A DNA stretch of 64,000 nt, taken from NCBI GenBank assembly GCA_963699535.1, contig CAVOUJ010000031.1, forward strand, positions 51,086 to 115,085. The letters are read 5' to 3'. The position numbers and the translations under genes were made by a program. The notes under the pieces were generated by a model that saw only the letters and a program-made list of their open reading frames with translations, was not told the DNA's origin and made no database searches. How positions within the stretch are numbered: the first letter of the stretch is position 1; each line of letters starts with the position of its first letter. Shown piece by piece: positions 28,618 to 39,361 of the stretch. The stretch is from an uncultured beta proteobacterium (lineage in GTDB: Bacteria; Pseudomonadota; Gammaproteobacteria; Burkholderiales; SG8-39).

Positions 28618-31371
28618 ATGTCAGAATTCTTCCAGAAATCTTCTCGCCCATCATTTCCCTTGGAAAAAACGCTGCTGTTGGTTGACGGGTCCTCGTACCT
28701 GTACCGGGCCTTTCACGCGCTTGCCCGACCTGCGCAACGCCGCGGGCGAGCCGACCGGCGCGATCTACGGCGTGCTCAACATGCTGCGGAAGCTCCTCGC
28801 CGACTACAGGGCCGATTATCTCGCTTGCGTGTTCGACGCGAAGGGCAAGACCTTCCGCGACGAGCTGTACGCGCAATACAAGGCGAATCGCGCGCCCATG
28901 CCCGATGACCTGGGCGCGCAGATCGAGCCGCTGTTCGAGGCGATCCGGGCGCTCGGATGGCCTTTGCTGCAGATCGAAGGCGTCGAGGCTGACGACGTCA
29001 TCGGCACGCTCGCGCGGGAGGCCGAAAGGCACGAAATGCGCTGCGTCATCTCCACGGGCGACAAGGACCTCGCGCAGCTCGTGAGCGATCGCGTCACCCT
29101 GGTCAACACGATGACGAACGAGCGCCTCGACCCCGATGGGGTGAAGGCGAAGTTCGGCGTGCCGCCCGAGCGTTTTCTCGACTATCTGACCCTGGTCGGC
29201 GACTCCGTGGACAACGTGCCCGGCGTCGACAAGGTCGGCCCGAAGACCGCGGGGAAGTGGCTCTCCGAGTACGGTTCGCTCGAAAGCCTGGTTGCGAACG
29301 CCGCCAAGATCGGCGGCACCGTGGGGGAAAACCTGCGCAAGGCGCTCGACTGGTTGCCCCAGGGGCGCGCGCTGCTCGCGGTCAAGTGCGACGTGGAACT
29401 ACCGCTGAGAATGGAGGAACTGAAGCTCGCGCCGCGCGACGAAAAGCGTGTGGCGGCAGCTGTTCTCGCACTTCGGTTTCAAGAGCTGGTCGAAGGACGT
29501 CGCGGGACAATCGGGCGAGGCGCCTGCCTCGGGTCCTGCCGAATCGCCTCTCAAACCGGTTCCCGAGCGCATCATCGAGACGCTCTTCACGGACTCCGAT
29601 CTGAAGCGCTGGCTCAATGCCATGGAGGCCGCGGCGCTGGTTTCCTTCGATATCGAGACGACGAGCCCCGATCCGATGCAGGCGCAGCTCGTGGGCCTCG
29701 CTTTTTGCGCCGCCGCGGGCCGCGCCGCCTATCTGCCGCTCGCGCACAACTACGCCGGGGCGCCGCCGCAGTTGGGCGTCGAGCCGGCGCTTGCGATCCT
29801 GAAGCCGTGGCTGGAGAGCGAAACGCACCGGAAGGTCGGCCGAAACGTCAAATTTCACGAGCACGTGTTCGCCAACCACGGCATCGCCTTGCGGGGCATC
29901 GCGCACGACACGCTGCTCGAATCATACGTGCTCGAAAGCCACATGCGCCACGACCTGGAAAGTCTCGCCTCGCGCCATCTCGGCGCGAAGACGATCGGCT
30001 ACGACGAGGTGACCGGGACCGGAGCGCAGCGCATCCCGTTCGAGCAGGTCGATGTCGCGCGGGCCGCGGCGTATGCCGCCGAAGGCGCCGACCTCGGCCT
30101 GCAGATCCACGATGCGCTTTTCCCGAGGATCCAGGCGGAAGCCGGGCTCGCCCACGTTTACGGCTCGATCGAGATGCCGGTGCGCGAGGTCCTCTTCAGG
30201 ATGGAAAGGGAAGGGCGTGCTCATCGAGGCGAGGCAACTCGAGGCGATGAGCCACGAGCTGGGACAGAAAATGCTCGAGCTCGAAGCGAAAGCCCACAAG
30301 GAGGCCGGGCAACCCTTCAACCTGGGCTCGCCCAAGCAGATCGCCGAGATCTTCTTCGAGAAGAAAGGGATGCCGGTGATCAAGAAGACGCCCTCCGGCG
30401 CGCCCTCCACCGACGAGGACGTGCTGGAAAAACTCGCCCTCGACCACCCCTTGGCGAAAATGCTGCTCGACCACCGGGAGATTTCTAAGCTCAAGTCCAC
30501 CTACACGGACAAGCTGCCGAGGATGGTGAATGCGCGCACCGGCCGGGTGCACACCACCTACGGCCAGGCGACCGCGGTCACCGGGCGCCTCGCTTCCAAC
30601 GATCCCAACCTGCAGAACATTCCGGTGAGGACTCCCGAGGGCCGGCGCATCCGCGAAGCCTTCGTGGCGCCCAGGGGGCGCGTGATCGTCAGCGCCGACT
30701 ATTCGCAAGTGGAGCTGCGCATCATGGCGCACATCTCCGGAGACGAGAACCTGCTGCGCGCCTTCGAAGGAGGCGAGGACGTCCATCGCGCCACCGCGGC
30801 GGAGGTGTTCGGCCGGTCGCTCAAGGAAGTGACACCCGAGGAGCGCCGATACGCCAAAGTGATCAACTTCGGCCTCATTTACGGGATGTCGGCGTTCGGC
30901 CTGGCACAGCAGCTGGGACTTGAGCGGGCCACCGCGCAGGCCTACATCAACAGCTACTTCATGCGCTATCCGGGCGTGGACCGCTACATGAAGGAAACGC
31001 GCGCTCTTGCGAAGGAGCGTGGCTACGTGGAGACCGTGTTCGGCAGGCGCCTATGGCTTCCGGAGATCAACGCTGGGAACACCGCGCGCCGAAGCGGAGC
31101 GGAGCGCGCGGCGATCAACGCCCCGATGCAGGGCACGGCCGCGGACCTGATCAAGCTCGCGATGATCGCAGTGCAGCATTGGCTCGACCGCGAAAGGCTT
31201 TCCACGCGCCTCATCATGCAGGTACACGACGAGCTCGTGCTCGAGGCGCCTGATGCGGAGCTCGCGCGCGTGAAGGCGGAACTGCCGGGCCTGATGAGCG
31301 GCGTGGCGAAGCTGAAGACGCCGCTTGTCGTGGATATCGGGTCGGGCGAGAATTGGGAAAAGGCGCATTGA
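28618..31371 (+). pseudogene. polA: DNA polymerase I, 3 frameshifts (about 28717, 29445 and 30213)
   Basis: The 5'-nuclease domain (..LLLVDGSSYLYRAFHAL | PDLRNAAGEPTGAIYG..), the 3'-5' exonuclease domain (..SFDIETTS..) and the polymerase domain (..DYSQVELRIMAH..QVHDELV..) occur in order but across four frame segments. The third shift is an extra G in GGG at 30213-30215. Confidence 0.95.
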
Positions 31372-31396
31372 GCGCCTGATCGTAGGGAGGGGACGC

Positions 31397-32056
31397 GTGA
31401 CACAAGATTCCTTGGCGGGAGGAGAGACCTCGCGCGACGTCATCCGGCACCTCGCGCTGCTAGGCGATGCTCTGCAAAACATCGATCTTGGAGAAGGGAC
31501 CCCGGAAAGCGCGCTGGTTCCTCAGCCGCGTAATCCGTGGAAGCTGACGATCCTTCAGCCGGACGAGGTGCTGGAGCGCGGCCCGACGCGCGCGGTACCG
31601 CGCGATGCCACCCACATCGGGATCGCCATCGACGGCGGCTGGGCGATAGAGACGAGCGGCTTGCTGACGGGCAGCGCGCTCTCGATCCGCGGCGCCCTGG
31701 AAACGCTGGCCTCGGCGGCCGATGAGTTCGACAAGGTATTTGCCCGCCTGATCGACTCCGCCCTGGAAACCGGATTGCCGACGATCGTGTGCACGCTCGT
31801 TCCGTCGCGGCACGTCGAGCCCGTTCGGCAGCAGGTGGCGGCGACGGCGCTCGCCATTTTCAACGACCGCATCCTGAAAAGGGCGTTCGCCGCGCGGCTC
31901 TCGATCGTGGAGCTGCGCCTGGTGTGCGACGATGACGGCGACTACGCCACCGAGACGCTCTTGTCGCGGACCGGCGTACGCAAGGTCGCCAACGTGGCGC
32001 GCTCGGCGCTCTACGAGATTTCGCAGGAGCCCGGGAGGACGCGGGTGTATTTCTAG
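31397..32056 (+). CDS. Hypothetical protein, possibly a degenerate SGNH/GDSL-like fold
   Basis: GTG at 31397 preceded by GGAGG. Coding-like codon usage. LLGDAL sits where GDSL would be, with Ser replaced by Ala. No confident family assignment. Confidence 0.4.
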   Translation: MTQDSLAGGETSRDVIRHLALLGDALQNIDLGEGTPESALVPQPRNPWKLTILQPDEVLERGPTRAVPRDATHIGIAIDGGWAIETSGLLTGSALSIRGALETLASAADEFDKVFARLIDSALETGLPTIVCTLVPSRHVEPVRQQVAATALAIFNDRILKRAFAARLSIVELRLVCDDDGDYATETLLSRTGVRKVANVARSALYEISQEPGRTRVYF

Positions 32057-32094
32057 ATCTGTCCGGCGGGCGGGCTCTCCGAGCGCCTCCTGCT

Positions 32095-33076
32095 TCAGTC
32101 GGCGTATACCCCGGCCTTACGGATGATCGGTGCCCACTTGTCGATCTCAGCCTTGAAGAAGGTGCGCAGCGCTTCCGGATTCGCCTTGGCCACTGCGACG
32201 GGCTCGCCGCCGAAGTCGTTGACCCGGGCCTTGAATGCCGGATCGACGACCGCCGATTGCAGCCCGGCGACGAGTTTGTCGAACACCGGCTTGGGCAGTC
32301 CCTTGGGCGCCCACAGTGCGAACCAGACGAGGATCTCGAAACGTTCAGCCCCTGCTCGTCGAACGTCGGCACGTCGGGCAGCAGGGACACGCGCTCCTTC
32401 GACGTGACGCCGTAGACCTTGACCGTGCCGCCCTTGATCTGCGGCGCAGTCACCGTCGTCTGATCGCACAGGAGGTCGATATGGCCTCCAACCACGTCCT
32501 TCAGCGCCGGCGCCGTGCCTTTGTACGCCACCAGCGTGAGCTCCTCCTGGATGGCGTTTGTGAAAAGCAGCGCGCACAGATGCGAGGCCGACCCGGGACC
32601 GGCGTGGCCCAGGTGACCGATTGCTTCCCGGCTCTGATGTGGGCGAGCAGTTCCTTGAAATTGTTCGGCGCCAATCCTTTCTTTCCGACGATCACCATGG
32701 GCACGTCGGCGACCCGCCCGATGTGATCGAAGTCGTCGATGACGTTGTAGGGGAGATTGCGGTAGAGCGTCGGCGCCGTGGACATGCCGATGTTCATGAT
32801 GAGCAGGGTGTAGCCGTCGGGCCTGGACCTGGCCACCTTGTTGATGCCGATGGTGCCGCCGGCGCCCGAGGGGTTTTCGACCACGATCTGCTGCTTCAGC
32901 GCTGCGCTCATGGCCGTGCCGAGATGGCGCGCCATCGTATCGCCCGGCCCGCCGGCCGCGAACGGCATGATGAGCGCGATCGGTTTGGCCGGGTAGTCCT
33001 GGGCTCGTGCAGCGGTTGCGGCGGCAAGGGCAATCAACAGAAGCACAGCAGTCGGATTCACACGAGTCTTCGCCAT
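32095..33076 (-). pseudogene. Tripartite tricarboxylate transporter (Bug/TctC) substrate-binding protein, 2 frameshifts (about 32600 and 32340)
   Basis: Signal peptide plus ..DYPAKPIALIMPFAAGGPGDTMAR..ENPSGAGGTIG..; then ..LVAYKGTAPALKDVVGGHIDLLCD..; then ..ALWAPKGLPKPVFDKL.. These lie in three frames. Confidence 0.8.
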
Positions 33077-33103
33077 GTTGCCTCCCTTGTTGTCCTAGTT
33101 CCG

Positions 33104-33782
33104 TCAGCGCCCCGAACACCTTCCTGATGATCGACGAGGCCGCTGCCGCGGGATCCTGGCGGATCTTCTTTTCTTCTTCGGCAATGACCACGAACAGTCC
33201 GTCGAGGGTCTTGCGCGTGACGTAGTCTTCCAGGTTCGCCTCTTCTTCTTTCACGAGCCCGAACCTCGCGCCGCTTGCCGCGATCTCGTTGTACTTTTCC
33301 GCGAGCTTCACTTTCGCCATCGCCTTCTTGACGATCGGCTGGAATTGCTTCGCGAGCGGCTCGGAAGTGGTGCGCTTGAAGTATTGCGTTGCGGCGTCAT
33401 CGCCGCCGGTGAGTATGCCTTTCGCGTCCTGCACGCTCATTTTCTTCGACGGCGTTGGTGAGGAGACGTCTTCGCCTGCGGCACCGCCGCTTCGGCGGCG
33501 CGGTTCATGCGCAGCACGAGTTCGTCGGCCTGCGTGCCCATGCCGATCGAGCGGATCACCGCCTCGGCGCTTCGGAGCGAAGGCGGCAACCCGATCCTGA
33601 CGCTGTTGTTCTTCGAAAAATCCGTCCTCGACTCCGAGCCGCGCGACCGCGGCCTGGGAGCCTCGGGTCAGCGCGTCCTTCAGTCCATTGACGGCGTCGC
33701 GGTTGGAGATGTCGGCGAGGCCGGCAGCCGACACCGAGGTGGCGGTGGCGAGCACGGCGGCGGACCCGAGAATGCGGAGCAT
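33104..33782 (-). pseudogene. DUF4197 periplasmic protein, at least 4 frame disruptions
   Basis: [45 protein letters not shown] | [48 protein letters not shown] | ..LLTNAV | KKMSVQDAKGILTGG..IAEEEKKIR..RKVFG. Removing one C from the C-run at 33110-33113 gives a stop at 33104-33106. Confidence 0.65.
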
Positions 33783-33791
33783 GCCGAGCCC

Positions 33792-34734
33792 CTAGCTCAC
33801 GCCCGCCGCGTGGGCCTGCCGGTCGGCGTGGTAGGAGGAGCGCACCATCGGCGCCGACCGCGGCGTGGGTGAATCCGAGTCTTCGCGCTTCGCGCTCGAA
33901 CATCGCGAACGTCTCCGGGTGGCACGTAGCGCTCGACCGGCAGGTGGCGCGGCAGACGGCTGAAGGTACTGCCCGATGGTGAGCATGTCGACGTCGTGCG
34001 CGCGCAGGTCGCGCATCACCTCCAGGATCTCGTCGTCGGTCTCGCCCAGGCCCACCATCAATCCCGACTTGGTCGGGACCTGCGGATGGCGCGCCTTGAA
34101 GTCCGGCAGCAGCTTGAGCGAGTGCGGATAGTTGCCGCCCGGCCGCGCGCGCCGGTAGAGCCGCGGCACGGTCTCGAGGTTGTGGTTCATCACGTCGGGC
34201 AGCGCGGCATCCAGCACGCCGAGCGCGCGCTCCAGGCGCCCCCGGAAATCGGGTACGAGGATCTCGATCTTCGTCTGCGGCGAGCGCGTCGCGCACGGCG
34301 CGGATGCAATCGACGAAATGCTTCGCGCCGCCGTCCTTCAGATCGTCGCGGTCCACGCTGGTGATGACGACATAGGAGAGTCCGAGCGCCGCGATCGTCT
34401 GCGCGAGATGCCCGGGCTCCTCGGGGTCGGGCGCGAGCGGCCGGCCGTGGGCGACGTCGCAGAACGGGCAGCGCCGCGTGCACAGGTCGCCGAGGATCAT
34501 GAAGGTCGCCGTGCCCTTGCCGAAGCACTCGCCGATGTTGGGGCAGGAAGCCTCCTCGCACACGGTGTGAAGATTGTTCTCGCGGAGGATCCGCTTGATC
34601 TCGTGAAAGCGCGATCCGGCTGAGGCCGCGCGGACGCGGATCCAGTCAGGCTTGGCGAGCCGTTCGGCCGGAACGAGCGCGATCGGGATGCGCGTCTTCG
34701 CCGCGCCTTTCTTCTTCAGGGAGGTCGTCGTCAT
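33792..34734 (-). pseudogene. lipA: Lipoyl synthase LipA, at least 3 frameshifts (about 34275, 33960 and 33850)
   Basis: Radical-SAM and auxiliary clusters (..[22 protein letters not shown]..), then ..[42 protein letters not shown], ..[24 protein letters not shown] and [12 protein letters not shown]. These lie in alternating frames. Confidence 0.9.
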
Positions 34735-35428
34735 CGCTCGATAAGCCGGGAGATTCGCTCGGCCAGCGCCCGGCCGATCTGCTCCGTGCTCGCGGCGACC
34801 CCGAGCGCCGAAGTCTGGGTGACCGGCGAGGCCCGGATAGCCGCAGGGGTCGATTGCTCGAGAAAGGCGCGAGGTCCATGTTCACGTTGAGCGCGACGCC
34901 GTGGTAGCAGCAGCCGCGGCGCACCCGCAGGCCGAGCGCGGCGATTTTCGCCCCGTTCACGTAGACGCCCGGGGCCCCGCTTTTTCGCTCGGCCGCGACA
35001 TCGTGCACGGCGAGCACGTCGATCACCGCCTGCTCGATCGCCGTCACCATCGCCCGCACCGTCAGGCCGCGCCGCGCGAGATCGACGAGCGCGTACACGA
35101 TCGCCTGGCCCGGCCCGTGATAGGTGATCTGCCCGCCGCGGTCGATGCGTTCGATCGGAATCTCCGTGCGGCTCGGGAAATGCTCTTTGCGTCCGGCCAC
35201 GCCCACGGTGTATACGGGCGGATGCTCGAGCACCCACAGCTCGTCGGGCGTCGCCGGCCCCCGCGCTTCGGTGAAGCGGCGCATGGCTTCGTAGGTCGGC
35301 GTGTACGGGACGACGCCGAGGACCTTGACGATCGGCGGTTGAATCCGGATTCCCCCGGGAGGGGAGAAGGGGCCCCTCCCCCTTCTGGGCGCGGGAATCA
35401 CGGAAACAGATGTTGCGGCGGCTTGCAT
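34731..35428 (-). pseudogene. lipB: Octanoyltransferase LipB, frameshifted near 34860; start uncertain
   Basis: ..VVPYTPTYEAMRRFTEAR..LWVLEHPPVYTVG..RGGQITYHGPGQ..GVYVNGAKIAALGLRV.. lies in one frame. The tail ..[30 protein letters not shown] lies in another. The N-terminal 28 aa encoded from 35428 contain a G/C hairpin and may be non-coding. Confidence 0.85.
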
Positions 35429-35437
35429 CGGGTTCGA

Positions 35438-35707
35438 TCAGAGCACCATCGTCACCATCGGATGATCGCACAGTTCCCGGTACAGATCGTCCAGCTGCTC
35501 GCGCGATACCGCGTGGATGTTGCAGGTGAGGGAGAGGTATTTTCCCTCGCGGCTGGAGCGCATGCCGAGCGTCGCCGGATCGAAGTCGGGCGCATGGCGC
35601 TTCACGACCTCGGTCACCGCCTGCGCGAAGCCGGCCTGGGTTCTTCCCATGACCTTGATGGGGAACTCGCAGGGGAAGGCGAGGAGTGGCGCGTCTTGTT
35701 CAGGCAT
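35438..35707 (-). CDS. ybeD: DUF493 (YbeD-like) protein
   Basis: MPEQDAPLLAFPCEFPIKVMGRTQAGFAQAVTEVVKRH.. The start overlaps the dat stop by 8 nt. Confidence 0.8.
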   Translation of the reverse strand: MPEQDAPLLAFPCEFPIKVMGRTQAGFAQAVTEVVKRHAPDFDPATLGMRSSREGKYLSLTCNIHAVSREQLDDLYRELCDHPMVTMVL

Positions 35708-36557
35708 GGATGGGGGCACGCATGACTTGGGCCTTGTATTGCTGGTAGAGCGCATGGACGCGCTCGCCGAGCGGGCCGGGCTTGCCGCTGCCGACGCGCT
35801 TTCCATCGAGCGTGGTGATGGCGAGGACCTCCCTGGAAGAGGAGGTCACCCAGACTTCTTCGGCGGAGCGCAGCTCGGCCTCCGTGACCGGCCGTACTTC
35901 GTGGGCGATGGAATTCTCGCGCAGGATCTCGAGCACGACGTCGTAGGTAATTCCGGGCAATATCAGATGAGACTTGGGCGGGGTGAGAACGGTTCCGTTC
36001 TTCACGATGAAGACGTTGCTCGCGGAGGCTTCGGTAAGCATGCCCTCGCGCACGAGGATCGCCTCGGCGCAGCCCTGGTCGGCGGCGACGGTGCGCAGCA
36101 TGCAGTTTCCCAGGAGAGAGACGGACTTGATGTCGCAGCGCAGCCAGCGGTGGTCAGGCAGAACGATCGCTTTGGCGCCGCTTTTCACCAGCTCGGCTGA
36201 CGGCGGCACGAGCTCGCTCGCCATCATGAACAGCGTCGGCTTCACGCCCTTCGGGAAGACGTGGTCGCGCTTCGCCGCACCGCGGGTGATCTGCAGATAG
36301 ACGGCCTGGTCCTCCCAGGGGTTGCCGGCGACGATCTTTCCGACGAGCTCGGTCCACTTCGGGGCTGGGTGCGGATTGACAAGGCGTATCGCGTCCAGGC
36401 TCGCCTGAAGGCGCACCAGGTGTTCGGCGAGGCGGAATGGCCGGCGCGAGTAGACCGGGATCACTTCGTAGACGCCGTCGCCGAAAATGAAGCCCCGGTC
36501 CAGGACCGAGATCTTCGCCTGCTCGATCGGCAGGAACTCTCCATTGAGGTACACCAT
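35700..36557 (-). CDS. dat: D-amino-acid aminotransferase (fold-type IV PLP enzyme)
   Basis: MVYLNGEFLPIEQAKISVLDRGFIFGDGVYEVIPVY..CDIKSVSLLGN..TEASASNVFIV..ILPGITY. Confidence 0.85.
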   Translation of the reverse strand: MVYLNGEFLPIEQAKISVLDRGFIFGDGVYEVIPVYSRRPFRLAEHLVRLQASLDAIRLVNPHPAPKWTELVGKIVAGNPWEDQAVYLQITRGAAKRDHVFPKGVKPTLFMMASELVPPSAELVKSGAKAIVLPDHRWLRCDIKSVSLLGNCMLRTVAADQGCAEAILVREGMLTEASASNVFIVKNGTVLTPPKSHLILPGITYDVVLEILRENSIAHEVRPVTEAELRSAEEVWVTSSSREVLAITTLDGKRVGSGKPGPLGERVHALYQQYKAQVMRAPIHA

Positions 36558-36567
36558 TGTCCGACCT

Positions 36568-37710
36568 CTATCTGAACGTCACCCTTACCGCGTCCCAGGC
36601 GCGGGCGAGAAACCCCGCGACGGGGACAGTCTCGAGCGCCACGACAGGATACTCGCCGATGAGCCTCTCATCGTGCAACAGGCGCAGCGTCGCGACGCTC
36701 TGGCCCCGGGCAAGCGGCGCGAGAAGAGGTTGGCGGCTGACGAGCTCGGCCTTGAGCTTGTCCGCGCTGCCTCTGGGAACCGTGACGTAGACGTCCGCAG
36801 CAACCCCGGCCCTTATTTCGGGCTTGGCGCCCTTCCACACTTGCAGCTTTCCGATCGTCTCGTCCTTCTGGAACAGGCGCAGGCCATCATAGGACTGGAA
36901 CCCGAAGTTGAGCAGCTTCTGGCTCTCCTGGGCGCGCAGGCGGTCCGAGGCGGCGCCGACCACCACCGAGAGGAGCCGGCGCCCGCCACGCCTTGCCGAA
37001 GCGATGAGGCAGTATCCCGCGCTCTCGCTGTAGCCGGTCTTGATGCCGTCGACGTTCGGATCCAGCCACAGAAGCCGATTGCGGTTTTGCTGGTTGATAT
37101 CGTTGTAGCGGAACTCGCGCTCCGAGTACAGCTTGTAGTAGTCGGGGTGATCGCGGATCAGCGCGGCGGCGAGCAGGGCGAGATCGCTCGCGGTGGAGTA
37201 GTGCCCGGGCGCGGGCAGCCCCGTCGAATTGACGAAGCGAGTGTCCTTCAGGCCCAGGCGGGCCGCTTCCTGGTTCATCCTCTCGACAAACGCGGCCTCC
37301 GAGCCTGCGATCGCTTCGGCGAGCGCGATGCAGGCGTCGTTGCCCGACTGCACGACCAGGCCGCGCAGCAGTTCCTCGACCGTGACCGGCTTTTTCGGCT
37401 CGATGAACATGCGGGAGCCGCCCGATCGCAAGGCGCGCTCCGACACTGTCACGCTCTGGGTAAGCGCAAGCGATTTGGCCTTCAGCGCCGAGAATGCGAG
37501 GTACGCGGTCATGAGCTTGGTGAGCGATGCCGGTTCGACGCGCTCGTCGGGACTGCGGCTCGCGATCGTCTGGCCGCTCGTCAGGTCCATGAGCAGCCAG
37601 GCGCGCGCCGCCACGGCGGGTGCCTGAGGCTCGGCAGCGAAAGCCGCGCAGGCGAGCATGGCGGCCATGGCGCCGGATATTCGCATCAGGAGATACCCGA
37701 TCCGAGTCAT
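36568..37710 (-). CDS. D-alanyl-D-alanine carboxypeptidase (PBP5/6 family)
   Basis: Start at MTRIGYLL. Signal peptide, and SxxK (ASLTK), SGN and KTG motifs. The ATG overlaps the rlpA stop (ATGA). Confidence 0.9.
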   Translation of the reverse strand: MTRIGYLLMRISGAMAAMLACAAFAAEPQAPAVAARAWLLMDLTSGQTIASRSPDERVEPASLTKLMTAYLAFSALKAKSLALTQSVTVSERALRSGGSRMFIEPKKPVTVEELLRGLVVQSGNDACIALAEAIAGSEAAFVERMNQEAARLGLKDTRFVNSTGLPAPGHYSTASDLALLAAALIRDHPDYYKLYSEREFRYNDINQQNRNRLLWLDPNVDGIKTGYSESAGYCLIASARRGGRRLLSVVVGAASDRLRAQESQKLLNFGFQSYDGLRLFQKDETIGKLQVWKGAKPEIRAGVAADVYVTVPRGSADKLKAELVSRQPLLAPLARGQSVATLRLLHDERLIGEYPVVALETVPVAGFLARAWDAVRVTFR

Positions 37711-38258
37711 TCCGATGCCGCGACCTTTCCCGGCAAAATGGTCTCTACTTCCACTCGCGCGCTCCCGGCGCCGACGATACCGAGCTTGTGTGCGGCGGCG
37801 TAGGAGAGATCGATGATCCGGTCGGGGTGAAAGGGCCCGCGATCGTTGATGCGGACGACGACCGAGCGCCCGGTGCCGAGATGCGTCACGCGCGCGTAGC
37901 TCGGGATCGGCAGCACCGTGTGCGCCGCGGTCATCGCGTACATGTCGTAGCGCTCGCCGCTCGAAGTCCGCTTGCCGTGAAACTTCCGGCCGTACCAGCT
38001 CGCGATGCCGCGCGCGCGGTACGGCTGCAGCGATCTTTGGGGAACGTAGCGCTTGCCTTGCACCGTGTAAGGATTGTTGGCGCCCGGATGAAGCGGCTCG
38101 ACCCTGGGCTTGGCGTCGGCGACCCGGTCGAGATCGACCGGCGGAGAGCCTGCAGGAGGCCCGTCGCGTCCGGTGCTCGCGCACGCGGCGAGGAGCGCCA
38201 GCGCCGCTGCCAGCCACGCCCGACGCGGCGATGGTGAGGCGCGAAGAACCTCCAGCAC
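37707..38258 (-). CDS. rlpA: Septal ring lytic transglycosylase RlpA family lipoprotein
   Basis: GTG start at 38258. Lipobox LLAACAS. DPBB domain (..ASWYGRKFHGKRTSSGERYDMYAMTAAH..VVVRINDRGPF..). Confidence 0.8.
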   Translation of the reverse strand: MLEVLRASPSPRRAWLAAALALLAACASTGRDGPPAGSPPVDLDRVADAKPRVEPLHPGANNPYTVQGKRYVPQRSLQPYRARGIASWYGRKFHGKRTSSGERYDMYAMTAAHTVLPIPSYARVTHLGTGRSVVVRINDRGPFHPDRIIDLSYAAAHKLGIVGAGSARVEVETILPGKVAASE

Positions 38259-38266
38259 CGGCCCGC

Positions 38267-39361
38267 TCAGGTCTGGACCAGGGTGCGGTTGTGCTGGATG
38301 CTCATCAGTATCCCCAGGCCCAGGCACAGCGTCACGATGGATGTGCCGCCGTAGCTCACCAGGGGCAGCGGCACTCCGACGACGGGGAGCAGCCCGCTCA
38401 CCATGCCCATGTTGACTACGGCATAGGTGAAGAAGATGAGCGCGATCGAGCCGGCGACCAGCCGAGTGAACAGGGTAGGTGCGTTGGCGGCGATCATCAG
38501 GCCACGCATGATGAGAGCGAGGTACAGCACGAGAAGCACACTGTTGCCGATCAGACCGAACTCCTCGGAATAGACGGCGAAGATGAAATCCGTGGCGCGC
38601 TCCGGGATGAACTCGAGGTGCGTCTGCGTGCCCGACAGCCAGCCCTTGCCGCTGAAGCCGCCCGATCCCACGGCGATGGTGGACTGGATGATGTGGTAGC
38701 CGGCCCCGAGCGGATCCGAGGACGGATCGATCAGAGTGAGAAAGCGCTTGCGCTGGTAGTCGCGCATCGCGCCCCACAGGATGGGAAGGCTCGCGAGGAT
38801 CAGGGCCGACCCGCCGGCGATGATCTTCCAGGAGAGCCCCGCGAGAAAAATCACGTAGACGCCCGAAGCGGCGACGAGCAATGCGGTGCCGAGGTCGGGC
38901 TGGCGAGCGATGAGCCAGGTCGGCAGCGCGATCAGCATCGCGGCGACCGCGTAGTCGCGCAAGCGGAGCGTCGTCTGGCGCCCCTGGAAATATCGCGCGA
39001 GCAGGAGCGGCATCGCGAGCTTCATCAGCTCCGAGGGTTGGATGCTCGTGAAACCCAGCGGCAGCCACCGCCGCGCGTTGTTCCTCACGTCGCCGAAGAC
39101 CGCGACGGCGACGAGCATCGCGAGAACCACGACAAAGACCGGGATCGCGTAGCGCATGAGAACCTGCGGAGGCACCTGCGCCGCGGTCCACATGAGCGCG
39201 AGCGCGAAGAGCACGTTGAGCGCCTGTGCGCCGACGCGCCCGGGCGCCTGGTAGGCGGCGCTGTAGAGCGTGGCAAGGCCTAGGACGAGGATGCAGCAGG
39301 CGATGGCGAAAAGCGGCCCGTCGATTCCCTCGGCAAGTCGCGCGTAGAGCCGCCTAAGCAT
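38267..39361 (-). CDS. rodA: Peptidoglycan glycosyltransferase RodA (SEDS)
   Basis: 364-aa SEDS protein (..IQPSELMKL..TDFIFAVYSEEFG..GVPLPLVSYGGTS..). Confidence 0.95.
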   Translation of the reverse strand: MLRRLYARLAEGIDGPLFAIACCILVLGLATLYSAAYQAPGRVGAQALNVLFALALMWTAAQVPPQVLMRYAIPVFVVVLAMLVAVAVFGDVRNNARRWLPLGFTSIQPSELMKLAMPLLLARYFQGRQTTLRLRDYAVAAMLIALPTWLIARQPDLGTALLVAASGVYVIFLAGLSWKIIAGGSALILASLPILWGAMRDYQRKRFLTLIDPSSDPLGAGYHIIQSTIAVGSGGFSGKGWLSGTQTHLEFIPERATDFIFAVYSEEFGLIGNSVLLVLYLALIMRGLMIAANAPTLFTRLVAGSIALIFFTYAVVNMGMVSGLLPVVGVPLPLVSYGGTSIVTLCLGLGILMSIQHNRTLVQT

